Sequence record: MW822145.1
Origin: Streptomyces phage TunaTartare
Direction: 5' to 3' (one strand)
DNA length: 24,000 nt
Shown piece after piece: positions 13,730 to 21,626 of the stretch. The translations under genes were made by a program, and so were the position numbers. Under the pieces are notes generated by a model. The model saw only the letters and a list, made by a program, of their open reading frames with translations, had not been told where the DNA came from and ran no database searches. The number at the start of each line of letters is the position of its first letter. Position 1 is the first letter of the stretch.

Positions 13730-13945
13730 ATGATGAAGTTTGTTAAGGTTGACGAGGACGCTTACGAGGTTACTGTAAATCTCGACACCATCCGCCGAAT
13801 TGCTGGTGCTTTTGGTGACCGGGAGAATGAGGGAATGGGCGACGAACGAGATGTAGTCCTTGCTGCATCATTCTCGAATGCTTATGAGCGACTTTCTCAG
13901 CCTGAGACTTCAGAAGAGGTTGTAGAAACCTCTGACGAGCAGTAA
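13730..13945 (+). CDS. hypothetical protein (71 aa)
   Basis: AAGGAGAA RBS. Confidence 0.7.
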   Translation: MMKFVKVDEDAYEVTVNLDTIRRIAGAFGDRENEGMGDERDVVLAASFSNAYERLSQPETSEEVVETSDEQ

Positions 13946-13951
13946 AATATG

Positions 13952-13976
13952 GCGGTCCTTCGGGGCCGCTAAGCTT
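13952..13976 (+). promoter_or_regulatory. hairpin + AAGCTT element
   Basis: GCGGTCC-TTCG-GGGCCGC-T-AAGCTT. Confidence 0.6.
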
Positions 13977-13994
13977 TTGAAAGAAGGTGGTGCA

Positions 13995-14204
13995 ATGGCT
14001 AAGTGGGTTCCAGTCGGAAACCGACTGATGGACAGGGCATATTTGAGAGACGGAAACCTTATTCACACTGGTGAAGCACTACTTGTTGCTTTGCTCTTCC
14101 ATACTAAGGGAAAGACTAAGCGTAGTCAGAGTGAACTAGCAGAAGTCTCCAAGATTATGAATGACCCTAATTTGAATCGTAAGAGGCAGCCCCGCAGGAA
14201 GTAA
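13995..14204 (+). CDS. hypothetical protein (69 aa)
   Basis: AAGGTGG RBS, ATG 13995. Confidence 0.65.
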   Translation: MAKWVPVGNRLMDRAYLRDGNLIHTGEALLVALLFHTKGKTKRSQSELAEVSKIMNDPNLNRKRQPRRK

Positions 14205-14210
14205 TCCTGG

Positions 14211-14227
14211 CGGGGTTTCCCCGTTTT
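14211..14227 (+). terminator. terminator-like hairpin
   Basis: CGGGG-TTT-CCCCG-TTTT. Confidence 0.55.
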
Positions 14228-14236
14228 AGGAGAGCA

Positions 14237-14398
14237 ATGAGTAGACAAGAACGATTCAAGCGTTGCACAGAATGTAAGCGCAAGAATATATCACCTTTCG
14301 TAAAGGGCACTGTTTGTGGACAGTGTATTGCAGAGGCAGAGATTGAAAGGATTCGAAATGGCGGGTCTACCGAAGAAGCTGTACTATGTTCTGATTAA
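14237..14398 (+). CDS. 53-aa Cys4 protein
   Basis: AGGAGAG RBS; RCTECKRKN...CGQCIAEAE. Confidence 0.65.
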   Translation: MSRQERFKRCTECKRKNISPFVKGTVCGQCIAEAEIERIRNGGSTEEAVLCSD

Positions 14399-14591
14399 GC
14401 CTGGTGGAACTCCACTTAAGTATGGTAAGAAGGGTGGGGGAAAGTACACAGACGGCAAGTGGGCCATGTCACACGCGAAGAGCTTGCAGGCTCAGGGAGT
14501 AAATGTTAAGCTCTACGAAGCAGAAATGAACTGGACAGAGGTTCCTCTGGAAGAGAAGAACCCTATGGAAGGGATGCCAGGACTATGGTAA
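14358..14591 (+). CDS. hypothetical protein (77 aa)
   Basis: MAGLPKKLYYVLIKPGGTPLKYGKK. Confidence 0.6.
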   Translation: MAGLPKKLYYVLIKPGGTPLKYGKKGGGKYTDGKWAMSHAKSLQAQGVNVKLYEAEMNWTEVPLEEKNPMEGMPGLW

Positions 14592-15052
14592 CTTACGTTA
14601 AGGGCTCAGCGACCGAACCTGTTGGTGATGGTCCGAAGATTATTGCCCATGTGTGCAATGACAAGGGTGGTTGGGGAGCCGGATTCGTACTTGCACTGAA
14701 TAAGATTTCCACCAAGCCTCAGAGGCTTTACCGTGAATGGTATGCTCGTAAGAGTGATAACTTCCTTCCGCTTGGTACTATTCAGACTGTCTATCTTTCT
14801 GACAACCTGTATGTTGTGAACATGATTGCTCAGCATGGTACAGTGAGTAAGCTGAATCCTCAGCCGCTCTCTTACGAGGCTCTTGAGATGGCTCTTGAGG
14901 CTGTTGCTCAGGTAGCTATCCAGACTGGCGCTTCTATTCACATGCCCCGGATTGGCTGTGGCCTTGCGGGTGGCAAGTGGGATGTGGTAGAGTCAATTAT
15001 CAACCGGGTGCTGACACTGAAGGATATTGACGTAACGGTCTACGACCTGTAG
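14585..15052 (+). CDS. macro-domain (ADP-ribose-1''-phosphatase/ALC-type) protein
   Basis: AHVCNDKGGWGAGFVLAL...IHMPRIGCGLAGGKWDVV. Confidence 0.85.
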   Translation: MVTYVKGSATEPVGDGPKIIAHVCNDKGGWGAGFVLALNKISTKPQRLYREWYARKSDNFLPLGTIQTVYLSDNLYVVNMIAQHGTVSKLNPQPLSYEALEMALEAVAQVAIQTGASIHMPRIGCGLAGGKWDVVESIINRVLTLKDIDVTVYDL

Positions 15053-15058
15053 GCTGAT

Positions 15059-15078
15059 GGGGGTTCGCCCCCAAGCTT
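15059..15078 (+). promoter_or_regulatory. hairpin + AAGCTT element
   Basis: GGGGG-TTCG-CCCCC-AAGCTT. Confidence 0.65.
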
Positions 15079-15110
15079 CTACATTGGTTCGACAAAAGGA
15101 GATATAACCA

Positions 15111-17036
15111 ATGCGTCCTAACACTGCTGTTGCTACTCGGGTCGGTGACCTTGGTGGCGAAAAGGTGGCAATGTCGTTTGACCAGAACAGTCTTGCTCAC
15201 ATTATGTCTGTTCTGACCGACCTGTATTCTGACCCTGAGCTTGCGATTATTCGTGAGTACAGTACGAATGCACTTGATGCACAAAAGCGGGCGGGTGTCA
15301 CGACGCCAATTGAAGTTACTACCCCCAATGGACTGAGCCCTTTCTTCCGGGTTAAGGACAATGGTATCGGAATGGACGCAACCGACATCAAGGAGATTTA
15401 CTCTCAGTACGGCGCTTCCACTAAGCGTGACTCTGATGAGTTTACTGGTATGCTTGGCCTTGGTTGCAAGGCTGCTCTTACCTACACCAATCAGTTTACT
15501 GTCAATGCTGTAAAGAATGGCATTCGGACTCAGGTTGCTGTTTCCCGGACCGAAGATGGTTCTGGAGTTATGGAAATCCTGTCCGAGTGTGAGACTGATG
15601 CTCCGAATGGTGTTGAGATTTCTGTTCCGGTTAAGCGGCACAACAATTTTCATCGTAAGGCAACAGAATTCTTTAGGTTCTGGGATGAGGGTACTGTTCT
15701 TCTGAATGGTTCCGCGCCTGAAAAGATTGCTGGTCGTAAGCTCACTGACTCGGTTATGCTGGTTCCGAATGCGGAGCAGGATTACATTGTCATGGGTAAC
15801 GTTCCTTATCCTGTTGATGAGGACCATGCAATTCATCGGCGTTCGTGGAATTCACGATTTGGTGTTGTTGCACGAGTTGAAATTGGCGAGGTAAGCTTTA
15901 CCCCGTCTCGTGAGGCTCTGCATTACACTCTGCGGACAGTCAAGACTCTCGATGATATTCGAGACAAGTTCCATCAGAATTTGACTGCTGCGGCGCAGCG
16001 TGACCTTGATGCTGCTGAAAGTTATCAAGAGGCTCTTGATGCTTTCATTGACTGGTCTAAGATTCTTCATGGGCATGTGCGTCCAAGTAGCACTCTTAAT
16101 TACAAGGGTGAGGAGATTCCGGTCAACATCAAGATTAAGGGTGGAATGAATTTCCGCCTGCATTACAGCCGAGGGGCTGTTGATGAGACTCGGCATGAGC
16201 AGATTGCAGACTTGCGCAGTCGTGTGGTAATCTATAACTACACCAATGTTGATATCAAGGCTCACAATCGCGAGAAGATTCGCGGGTGGCTGAGTACTCA
16301 GGACAATTTGAGTGCAAATGTTGTGCTGGTTGTTGAGGAAATCCCAGAGGTATTCGGCAAGTGGGTTACTGACGAATACTGCTTTGACTGGGAAGAGGTA
16401 AAGAAGTACCGTCCGGAAAGGCAGAAGACTGCTAGGTCAGAGCCTACGTATGATGTTTTCACTGGGCAGTATAACTACTTCCATTCAAAGACGCTTAGCG
16501 ATATTGGTGATGAGGCCGTAAAGGCTCTCATTTCATCTTCTCAGCTTAAGCAATTCGATGACAAGTTCCTTCGCAATGTTCGGGGGGTTCTTCCTGACAT
16601 TTACATTGTTCGCACTGCGCCTAATCGCTGGGATAAGCTCAAGCGAGAGCGCAAGAACGTAAAGACTCTTGAGGATATCCTTGCGGACAAGTACACTGAG
16701 GTGGTAGACTCTCTTACAGAGCGAGACAAGATGTACATGATGTTGGACTACAACTCAAAGTACATTCTGCCTCACCTTGACCCTTCTAAGATTAAGGACC
16801 CTGAGCTTGCCAAGATGGTTGAGGTAAGCAAGGAACTTGAGGAAAGTGATAGGGTTAAGGCTTACAAGATGGTTGCGCAACTGCTCAATCAGTTCCGCAA
16901 TGTTCCCAAGGTAGACCTTGGCGAAATGTTTAAGCCTTTTGAGCGTTATCCGCTTCTTTCGGGTCTTTCCCGAGTGTTTGAATATGAGCATGGTGTTCTC
17001 TACGCCAACGCTGTTTACGATGAGCTGTATAGCTAA
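15111..17036 (+). CDS. rIIA-like protein (GHKL ATPase)
   Basis: REYSTNALDAQ, VKDNGIGM, GMLGLGCKAAL GHKL motifs; followed by rIIB-like gene. Confidence 0.88.
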   Translation: MRPNTAVATRVGDLGGEKVAMSFDQNSLAHIMSVLTDLYSDPELAIIREYSTNALDAQKRAGVTTPIEVTTPNGLSPFFRVKDNGIGMDATDIKEIYSQYGASTKRDSDEFTGMLGLGCKAALTYTNQFTVNAVKNGIRTQVAVSRTEDGSGVMEILSECETDAPNGVEISVPVKRHNNFHRKATEFFRFWDEGTVLLNGSAPEKIAGRKLTDSVMLVPNAEQDYIVMGNVPYPVDEDHAIHRRSWNSRFGVVARVEIGEVSFTPSREALHYTLRTVKTLDDIRDKFHQNLTAAAQRDLDAAESYQEALDAFIDWSKILHGHVRPSSTLNYKGEEIPVNIKIKGGMNFRLHYSRGAVDETRHEQIADLRSRVVIYNYTNVDIKAHNREKIRGWLSTQDNLSANVVLVVEEIPEVFGKWVTDEYCFDWEEVKKYRPERQKTARSEPTYDVFTGQYNYFHSKTLSDIGDEAVKALISSSQLKQFDDKFLRNVRGVLPDIYIVRTAPNRWDKLKRERKNVKTLEDILADKYTEVVDSLTERDKMYMMLDYNSKYILPHLDPSKIKDPELAKMVEVSKELEESDRVKAYKMVAQLLNQFRNVPKVDLGEMFKPFERYPLLSGLSRVFEYEHGVLYANAVYDELYS

Positions 17037-17042
17037 TCGCGT

Positions 17043-17064
17043 GCGGGCTTAGGCCCGCAAGCTT
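17043..17064 (+). promoter_or_regulatory. hairpin + AAGCTT element
   Basis: GCGGGC-TTAG-GCCCGC-AAGCTT. Confidence 0.65.
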
Positions 17065-17096
17065 CCCAAAAGATATCTAACAAGGAGAGTTACATA

Positions 17097-18092
17097 ATGA
17101 GGTTTCCTTTCAGCATCTTTAACTTTGGTGAGTCTGATGAGGTTAATCTGACTGCATTCATCAATGGTGAGATGTATTCGTGCACTAACGCGCACGCGAA
17201 CTATGAGCGCATCCGGGAAATGTGCGAGGCGGGTGACGAAAGCGTTGTCAGCCTGTTCGATATTTCAGGGACTGCTCAGGAGCGATTCCGTCGTCTTTCC
17301 GAGCGGGTTTCCATTAGTGGTGGCGTCATCTACTTTGATGGTGAGCCAGTAGACAACTCGCTTACTCAGCAGGTTGTTCGTTTCATTGAGGATGGTGTTG
17401 AGGACTTTGAGCCTCTTATCCACTTCTTTGAGAAGGTTCAGACGAATCCTAATCCGCATTCTCGTGAGCAGCTTTATCGTTGGCTTGCTGACCGTGCATT
17501 TACTATTAATCCAGAGGGCAACATTCTTGCATACAAGGGTGTGGATGTTCGTTCTGTTGATGGTCAGAATACTTACTTCAGCATTTCGCACGGTCGTGCA
17601 ATTGTTGATGGAGAGGTTCACAATGGTGCCATTCCTAACCCGATTGGTGCGGTTGTTGAAATGCCTCGCAGCGATGTTCAGCATGACCCTTCGGTTGGCT
17701 GTCACACTGGTCTGCATGCTGGTACGTGGAATTACGCGTCCAGCTTTGCTCAGGGTGCGGTTCTGACCGTAGAGATTAATCCTCGCGACGTGGTTTCCGT
17801 TCCTACGGACTGTGAAGACCAGAAGATGAGGGTTTGCCGATACAAGGTTGTTGAGGTTGTTGAGAATCAGCTTCCTACCGCTCTGCATGGTACTGTTGAC
17901 ACTCCTGATGTTGACGAGTATGATGATGAAGAGGCAGGCTTCCAGGAGCTTGACCCCGTTTCTGACGAGTCTGACGACAATGACAGTGTTGTAATTGGTT
18001 ACAAGTTCGACTCTGTTCAGCCCTACACTCCGGTAAACTGGCTTACTAGCACCTATGAGCCGGATGACCCGGAAGCACCTTGGAACAGCTAA
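17097..18092 (+). CDS. rIIB-like protein
   Basis: LADRAFTINPEGNILAYKGV...GCHTGLHAGTWNYASSF. Confidence 0.85.
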   Translation: MRFPFSIFNFGESDEVNLTAFINGEMYSCTNAHANYERIREMCEAGDESVVSLFDISGTAQERFRRLSERVSISGGVIYFDGEPVDNSLTQQVVRFIEDGVEDFEPLIHFFEKVQTNPNPHSREQLYRWLADRAFTINPEGNILAYKGVDVRSVDGQNTYFSISHGRAIVDGEVHNGAIPNPIGAVVEMPRSDVQHDPSVGCHTGLHAGTWNYASSFAQGAVLTVEINPRDVVSVPTDCEDQKMRVCRYKVVEVVENQLPTALHGTVDTPDVDEYDDEEAGFQELDPVSDESDDNDSVVIGYKFDSVQPYTPVNWLTSTYEPDDPEAPWNS

Positions 18093-18099
18093 TGTTCCT

Positions 18100-18119
18100 G
18101 CCCCTTCGGGGGCAAGCTT
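18100..18119 (+). promoter_or_regulatory. hairpin + AAGCTT element
   Basis: GCCCC-TTCG-GGGGC-AAGCTT. Confidence 0.65.
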
Positions 18120-18146
18120 TGTATCCTTGTTTAATGAGGTAAATAA

Positions 18147-18302
18147 ATGCGCAATTTCTTCAATAAGCTTTTCGACTGGTACCCTGAAGACGATGCTCCA
18201 CAGACTCATGTGATTGAAGAAGAGGACTTCTGGACTCCGGGCGGATGGGTTGATAATAGGTCAGACTGGGAAAAGTATGACGAGATGCCTTGGAATGGGT
18301 GA
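18147..18302 (+). CDS. 51-aa acidic protein
   Basis: MRNFFNKLFDWYPEDDAPQTHVIEEEDFWTPGGWVDNRSDWEKYDEMPWNG. Confidence 0.65.
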   Translation: MRNFFNKLFDWYPEDDAPQTHVIEEEDFWTPGGWVDNRSDWEKYDEMPWNG

Positions 18303-19081
18303 TTAAAATTAAGATTATGGTGCTGGGAGATGTTCATGGCCAGACACAATGGCTGAAGAATGTCATCAAGAAGGCACATCGAATGGGCGTTGACCGAATT
18401 CTTCAGGTTGGCGACTTCGGTATTTGGACTCACGAAGCAGAGGGTCACCGATTCCTTGATGCCGTAAATGAAGAATTGCGGCGGGTCGGAATGAAGCTCT
18501 ACTTTGTAGGTGGTAACCATGAAAACTGGGACCACTTGAATTGGTGGGAGAAGAACAATGCAAAGTCTTCTAGAGGCCATACATATGTCAGAAGTCATAT
18601 CCTTTATACTGGGCGTGTTCATCGGTGGGTATGGGGTGAGAAGGGTTCTGAAAAGGTCTTCCAAGCGGTGGGTGGTGCCGTTTCAGTAGATAAGCGTACT
18701 CGCACCGTGGGAAAGACTCTTTGGCTTGATGAGGAAATTCCAGAGCGAGTCGTTTATGGACTTGAGAAGGCGAATCGGCAGTGCGATTATCTGTTTACAC
18801 ATGATGCGCCTTCCTGTGTTCCGCTCAGCAATTTGAAGCCTGATTTGGATTCTGCTCGTCACCGTGGCTATATGGACAGAATTGGGCGGGCTACCCGACC
18901 CAATCTTTGGTTCCATGGTCATTACCACAAGTACATGGAATATAGCTTTATGCATCAGCAGGGCTATGCTTTTGTGTATGGTATCGACAGAGACTTCCAG
19001 TTTTATAGCTATGTAATTCTGGATACAGAGACAGACAACGTGGAAACGGCAACTGGCAAGGTAATCGAGCACGGTAATTGA
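18299..19081 (+). CDS. calcineurin-like metallophosphoesterase
   Basis: GDVHGQ, GDFG, GGNHEN, FHGHYH motifs; GTG 18299 or ATG 18290. Confidence 0.88.
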   Translation: MIKIKIMVLGDVHGQTQWLKNVIKKAHRMGVDRILQVGDFGIWTHEAEGHRFLDAVNEELRRVGMKLYFVGGNHENWDHLNWWEKNNAKSSRGHTYVRSHILYTGRVHRWVWGEKGSEKVFQAVGGAVSVDKRTRTVGKTLWLDEEIPERVVYGLEKANRQCDYLFTHDAPSCVPLSNLKPDLDSARHRGYMDRIGRATRPNLWFHGHYHKYMEYSFMHQQGYAFVYGIDRDFQFYSYVILDTETDNVETATGKVIEHGN

Positions 19082-19086
19082 GTCAT

Positions 19087-19115
19087 TTGCCATTTGAAAA
19101 CAAATCCTCTACAAT
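19087..19115 (+). promoter_or_regulatory. sigma70-type promoter
   Basis: TTGCCA-17-TACAAT. Confidence 0.55.
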
Positions 19116-19169
19116 TAACTTTATGGAGGTTGAAGCCTCCGACAAGTTTGAAGGAGGTGTAACATTCAA

Positions 19170-19604
19170 ATGGCAAATGATGAGAAGGCTCCAGAGCCAC
19201 GTATCCTATCTAATGATGAGCGTGCGGAGGCACTAAAGGCTGCTGACGCTAAGGCTGCAAAGGCTGATTACAAGCCAACTACGGCTGTTGATGCAGTTGA
19301 GCCACATGGACCACACGGTGTTGAGGAGGCTGCTGCAAAGCGTGCAAAGGATGCTGGTGTCACTGACCCTGCGTTCGTTAATTACGCAGAGGCTCTAGAA
19401 AACTACCAGGCCCGTCCAGACGTTGAGCCACTTTCTGAGCGTCGTGCTCGTGAGGGTGGACGTGATTTCCAGGCAGCTTCATTCCGTCGTGAGGTTGGAG
19501 GAACGGACAATGCAGGAGTAACCACTTCTGAGGACGTTTCTACAGATGCAGACGAGAAGCCAGCAAACAAGACTGCTGCTGTTCGTAAGCCAGCATCTAA
19601 GTAA
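19170..19604 (+). CDS. hypothetical Ala/Glu-rich protein (144 aa)
   Basis: AAGGAGG RBS; after a GGAGG-TTGAAG-CCTCC hairpin. Confidence 0.8.
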   Translation: MANDEKAPEPRILSNDERAEALKAADAKAAKADYKPTTAVDAVEPHGPHGVEEAAAKRAKDAGVTDPAFVNYAEALENYQARPDVEPLSERRAREGGRDFQAASFRREVGGTDNAGVTTSEDVSTDADEKPANKTAAVRKPASK

Positions 19605-19620
19605 GGCGAAATTTTGGTGA

Positions 19621-19652
19621 AAACCCGAGGTTGACAAAGCCTCGGGTTTTTG
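19621..19652 (+). terminator. strong Rho-independent terminator
   Basis: AAACCCGAGG...CCTCGGGTTT-TT, 10-bp perfect stem. Confidence 0.85.
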
Positions 19653-19660
19653 CTTATAAT
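19631..19660 (+). promoter_or_regulatory. consensus promoter for tRNA-Lys(TTT)
   Basis: TTGACA-18-TATAAT; the -35 starts immediately after the terminator 5' arm. Confidence 0.8.
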
Positions 19661-19673
19661 AATGGAACAACAC

Positions 19674-19747
19674 GGGTCAGTGGCACAATTGGTTAGCGCG
19701 TTCGACTTTTAATCGAAATGTTGTGGGTTCGAGTCCCACCTGACCTA
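19674..19747 (+). tRNA. tRNA-Lys(TTT)
   Basis: GGGTCAG/CTGACCT, TTCGA-CTTTTAA-TCGAA, T loop TTCGAGT, A73. Confidence 0.93.
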
Positions 19748-19748
19748 C

Positions 19749-19777
19749 TTGACTTTCTGGTTAAAAAAGTGTATGCT
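19749..19777 (+). promoter_or_regulatory. promoter for HNH gene 3
   Basis: TTGACT-17-TATGCT, beginning 2 nt after the tRNA end. Confidence 0.7.
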
Positions 19778-19783
19778 CTACAT

Positions 19784-20215
19784 ATGATATGTAGTTCATG
19801 CAACGAAGAGGTTGAGCAGTACGCAAAAGGCAAGCGCTGCCGTAAGTGTTATAACGCTTACATGGCAGAATACATGCTAAAAAGATACCATAAGAACAGA
19901 GCCACCCTAATTGATGAGCTAGGTGGTAAATGTATTGATTGCGGCTCAACAGACAATCTAGAGTTTGACCATGCCGAATCTTCTGATAAAGAATTTGATT
20001 TGGCTAGAGGTCACAGTTTTAGTCTAGAAAGACTAAGACAAGAAGTGGCAAAATGTGTGCTAAGATGTAGGCGTTGCCATATTGAAAAGACTAGAAAGTT
20101 TGATTTGGGTGCGGTACAGCATGGTGGTGGGGTTTCTGGTAAAAGAAACTGCCCATGCAAACCGTGTAAGGACCGTAAAGCGGAATATATGCGGACTTAT
20201 AAATCAAGCTCTTGA
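19784..20215 (+). CDS. HNH-family endonuclease
   Basis: MICSSCNEEVEQYAKGKRCRKC; CIDCGSTDNLEFDH...CRRCHIEKTRK; start 19784 rather than 19718. Confidence 0.8.
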   Translation: MICSSCNEEVEQYAKGKRCRKCYNAYMAEYMLKRYHKNRATLIDELGGKCIDCGSTDNLEFDHAESSDKEFDLARGHSFSLERLRQEVAKCVLRCRRCHIEKTRKFDLGAVQHGGGVSGKRNCPCKPCKDRKAEYMRTYKSSS

Positions 20216-20241
20216 CACGCCTGTGTCAAAAATGTTAAGAT
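20212..20241 (+). promoter_or_regulatory. promoter with operator-like inverted repeat
   Basis: TTGACA-18-TAAGAT; TTGACAC-gcct-GTGTCAA. Confidence 0.7.
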
Positions 20242-20278
20242 ACATGCATGATGCATTTTGAACGAAGGGAAAGACCAA

Positions 20279-20521
20279 ATGCCTAATCTCGATTACAAGG
20301 CTGCTCACAAGTTCGTGAAGGAGCAGCGGAGGCTTGGGAATAATGTTCGTTGGGATGGATGGGACATGGTATTCTGGAAGCCTACGCGCCATGGCTTTAC
20401 CAGTGTCAATGGTTCTTACGACAGGGATAAGGAGCGTTGGGGAGTTGAGTCTCGTATTGTCGTAGACACAAACGGCATGTGGCGAGTCCCCAATAAGAAT
20501 GTCAAGCAGCCTACTCGATGA
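20279..20521 (+). CDS. hypothetical protein, MPNLDYKAAHKFVKEQ...
   Basis: GAAGGGA RBS; track start is TTG 20258. Confidence 0.65.
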   Translation: MPNLDYKAAHKFVKEQRRLGNNVRWDGWDMVFWKPTRHGFTSVNGSYDRDKERWGVESRIVVDTNGMWRVPNKNVKQPTR

Positions 20522-20810
20522 ACTTGGGCTAGACCCTGAAGATTTTGAATGGCAAGACTTGGGCCTTTGCTCTAATATGCCAACGTCATTCTTCTACGAA
20601 AAGTACGAAACGGATGATGAAACGGCTAGAGCAACAGACCAAGTCTGCCTTCATTGTCCAGTCATGAAGCAGTGTTTCTTTGCTGGTGCACAAGGGGAAC
20701 ACGGTGTTTGGGGCGGGGTATATTGGAATGGCGCTGGAAACCCCGACAAAAACAGAAACTCTCATAAAACAGAAGAGGTTTGGGTTGAGATTCGAAGGAG
20801 GGTAGCATGA
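20499..20810 (+). CDS. WhiB-family Fe-S transcription factor
   Basis: LCSNM...VCLHCPVMKQC (Cys pattern) and GEHGVWGGVYW. Confidence 0.9.
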   Translation: MSSSLLDELGLDPEDFEWQDLGLCSNMPTSFFYEKYETDDETARATDQVCLHCPVMKQCFFAGAQGEHGVWGGVYWNGAGNPDKNRNSHKTEEVWVEIRRRVA

Positions 20811-21061
20811 GCAAATACACTCCTACGGTTCAGAAAATCTTTAAAACGATTCGTCCACCTTATCCAAATTTCATTGTGGATATTGTGGAGTATCCAGATT
20901 ACCTCGCTTTGCGAGTTTACAAAGACAATGTAGAATCTTTCAGCGAGCCTCAGAAGATTGGTCTTTCTGAATATCTATATCGTCTAAGAGATACAATTAG
21001 GTCCGAAGTCAACTGCCATATTGAGGGAGTTACAGATGCACCACCTTCTAGAAGAAACTGA
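20807..21061 (+). CDS. hypothetical protein (84 aa)
   Basis: ATGA junction. Confidence 0.65.
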   Translation: MSKYTPTVQKIFKTIRPPYPNFIVDIVEYPDYLALRVYKDNVESFSEPQKIGLSEYLYRLRDTIRSEVNCHIEGVTDAPPSRRN

Positions 21062-21230
21062 CCGACTCACTCGCATTCACATGATTGATGAGAATGTGCC
21101 GGGTTGGCTTGTTCAGGAAAACGCGTATTTTTCGCGGGTGTCCTATGATTATCTTGGACACCACTATGAAATTGATGTTCTCAATGATGAATTCATCGTT
21201 GTAGAACAGATTGGATATGAAAGCGATTGA
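21036..21230 (+). CDS. hypothetical protein, MHHLLEETDRL...
   Basis: GAGGGAG RBS before ATG 21036; track start is TTG 21021. Confidence 0.6.
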   Translation: MHHLLEETDRLTRIHMIDENVPGWLVQENAYFSRVSYDYLGHHYEIDVLNDEFIVVEQIGYESD

Positions 21231-21466
21231 GCGAAGTCGTATGCGCATGCTGTGGTAGGCAGCACGCGGACCTTCGCGCACAGAAGTCTAGGCTTCTTGA
21301 TGGAACTAAGTTTATGGTCTGCCCAAGTTGTAAGAGGGGTGGGTTTGAGCCGCGATACATCATTATCCTTGTGGCTAGGTCTGAGGGTACTGATAAGGTT
21401 GCGGAGTACATTCGAGACCATAAGTACCATGGAGAGCCTATCCTTGGGCGCGAAATGATTGCCTAA
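21227..21466 (+). CDS. Cys4 zinc-binding protein, TTG start
   Basis: CACC...CPSC. Confidence 0.6.
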   Translation: MSEVVCACCGRQHADLRAQKSRLLDGTKFMVCPSCKRGGFEPRYIIILVARSEGTDKVAEYIRDHKYHGEPILGREMIA

Positions 21467-21499
21467 CAACTGAAAACGGGCGGGTGTAAATCCCGCTAC

Positions 21500-21576
21500 C
21501 CCCGGTTAGCTTAATTGGCAAAAGCGGCGTATTTATAGTACGTTGATTGTAGGTTCGAATCCTACACTGGGGACCA
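21500..21576 (+). tRNA. tRNA-Ile(TAT), encoded CCA
   Basis: CCCCGGT/ACTGGGG, CGTA-TTTATAG-TACG, GTAGG-TTCGAAT-CCTAC, A73 + CCA. Confidence 0.85.
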
Positions 21577-21590
21577 TAAGAAATACGTAA

Positions 21591-21620
21591 TTGGACATTT
21601 AAGTTTGTCCAAGTTATACT
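21591..21620 (+). promoter_or_regulatory. leaderless promoter with inverted repeat
   Basis: TTGGAC-18-TATACT; TTGGAC-atttaagttt-GTCCAA. Confidence 0.65.
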
Positions 21621-21626
21621 TTAAAC

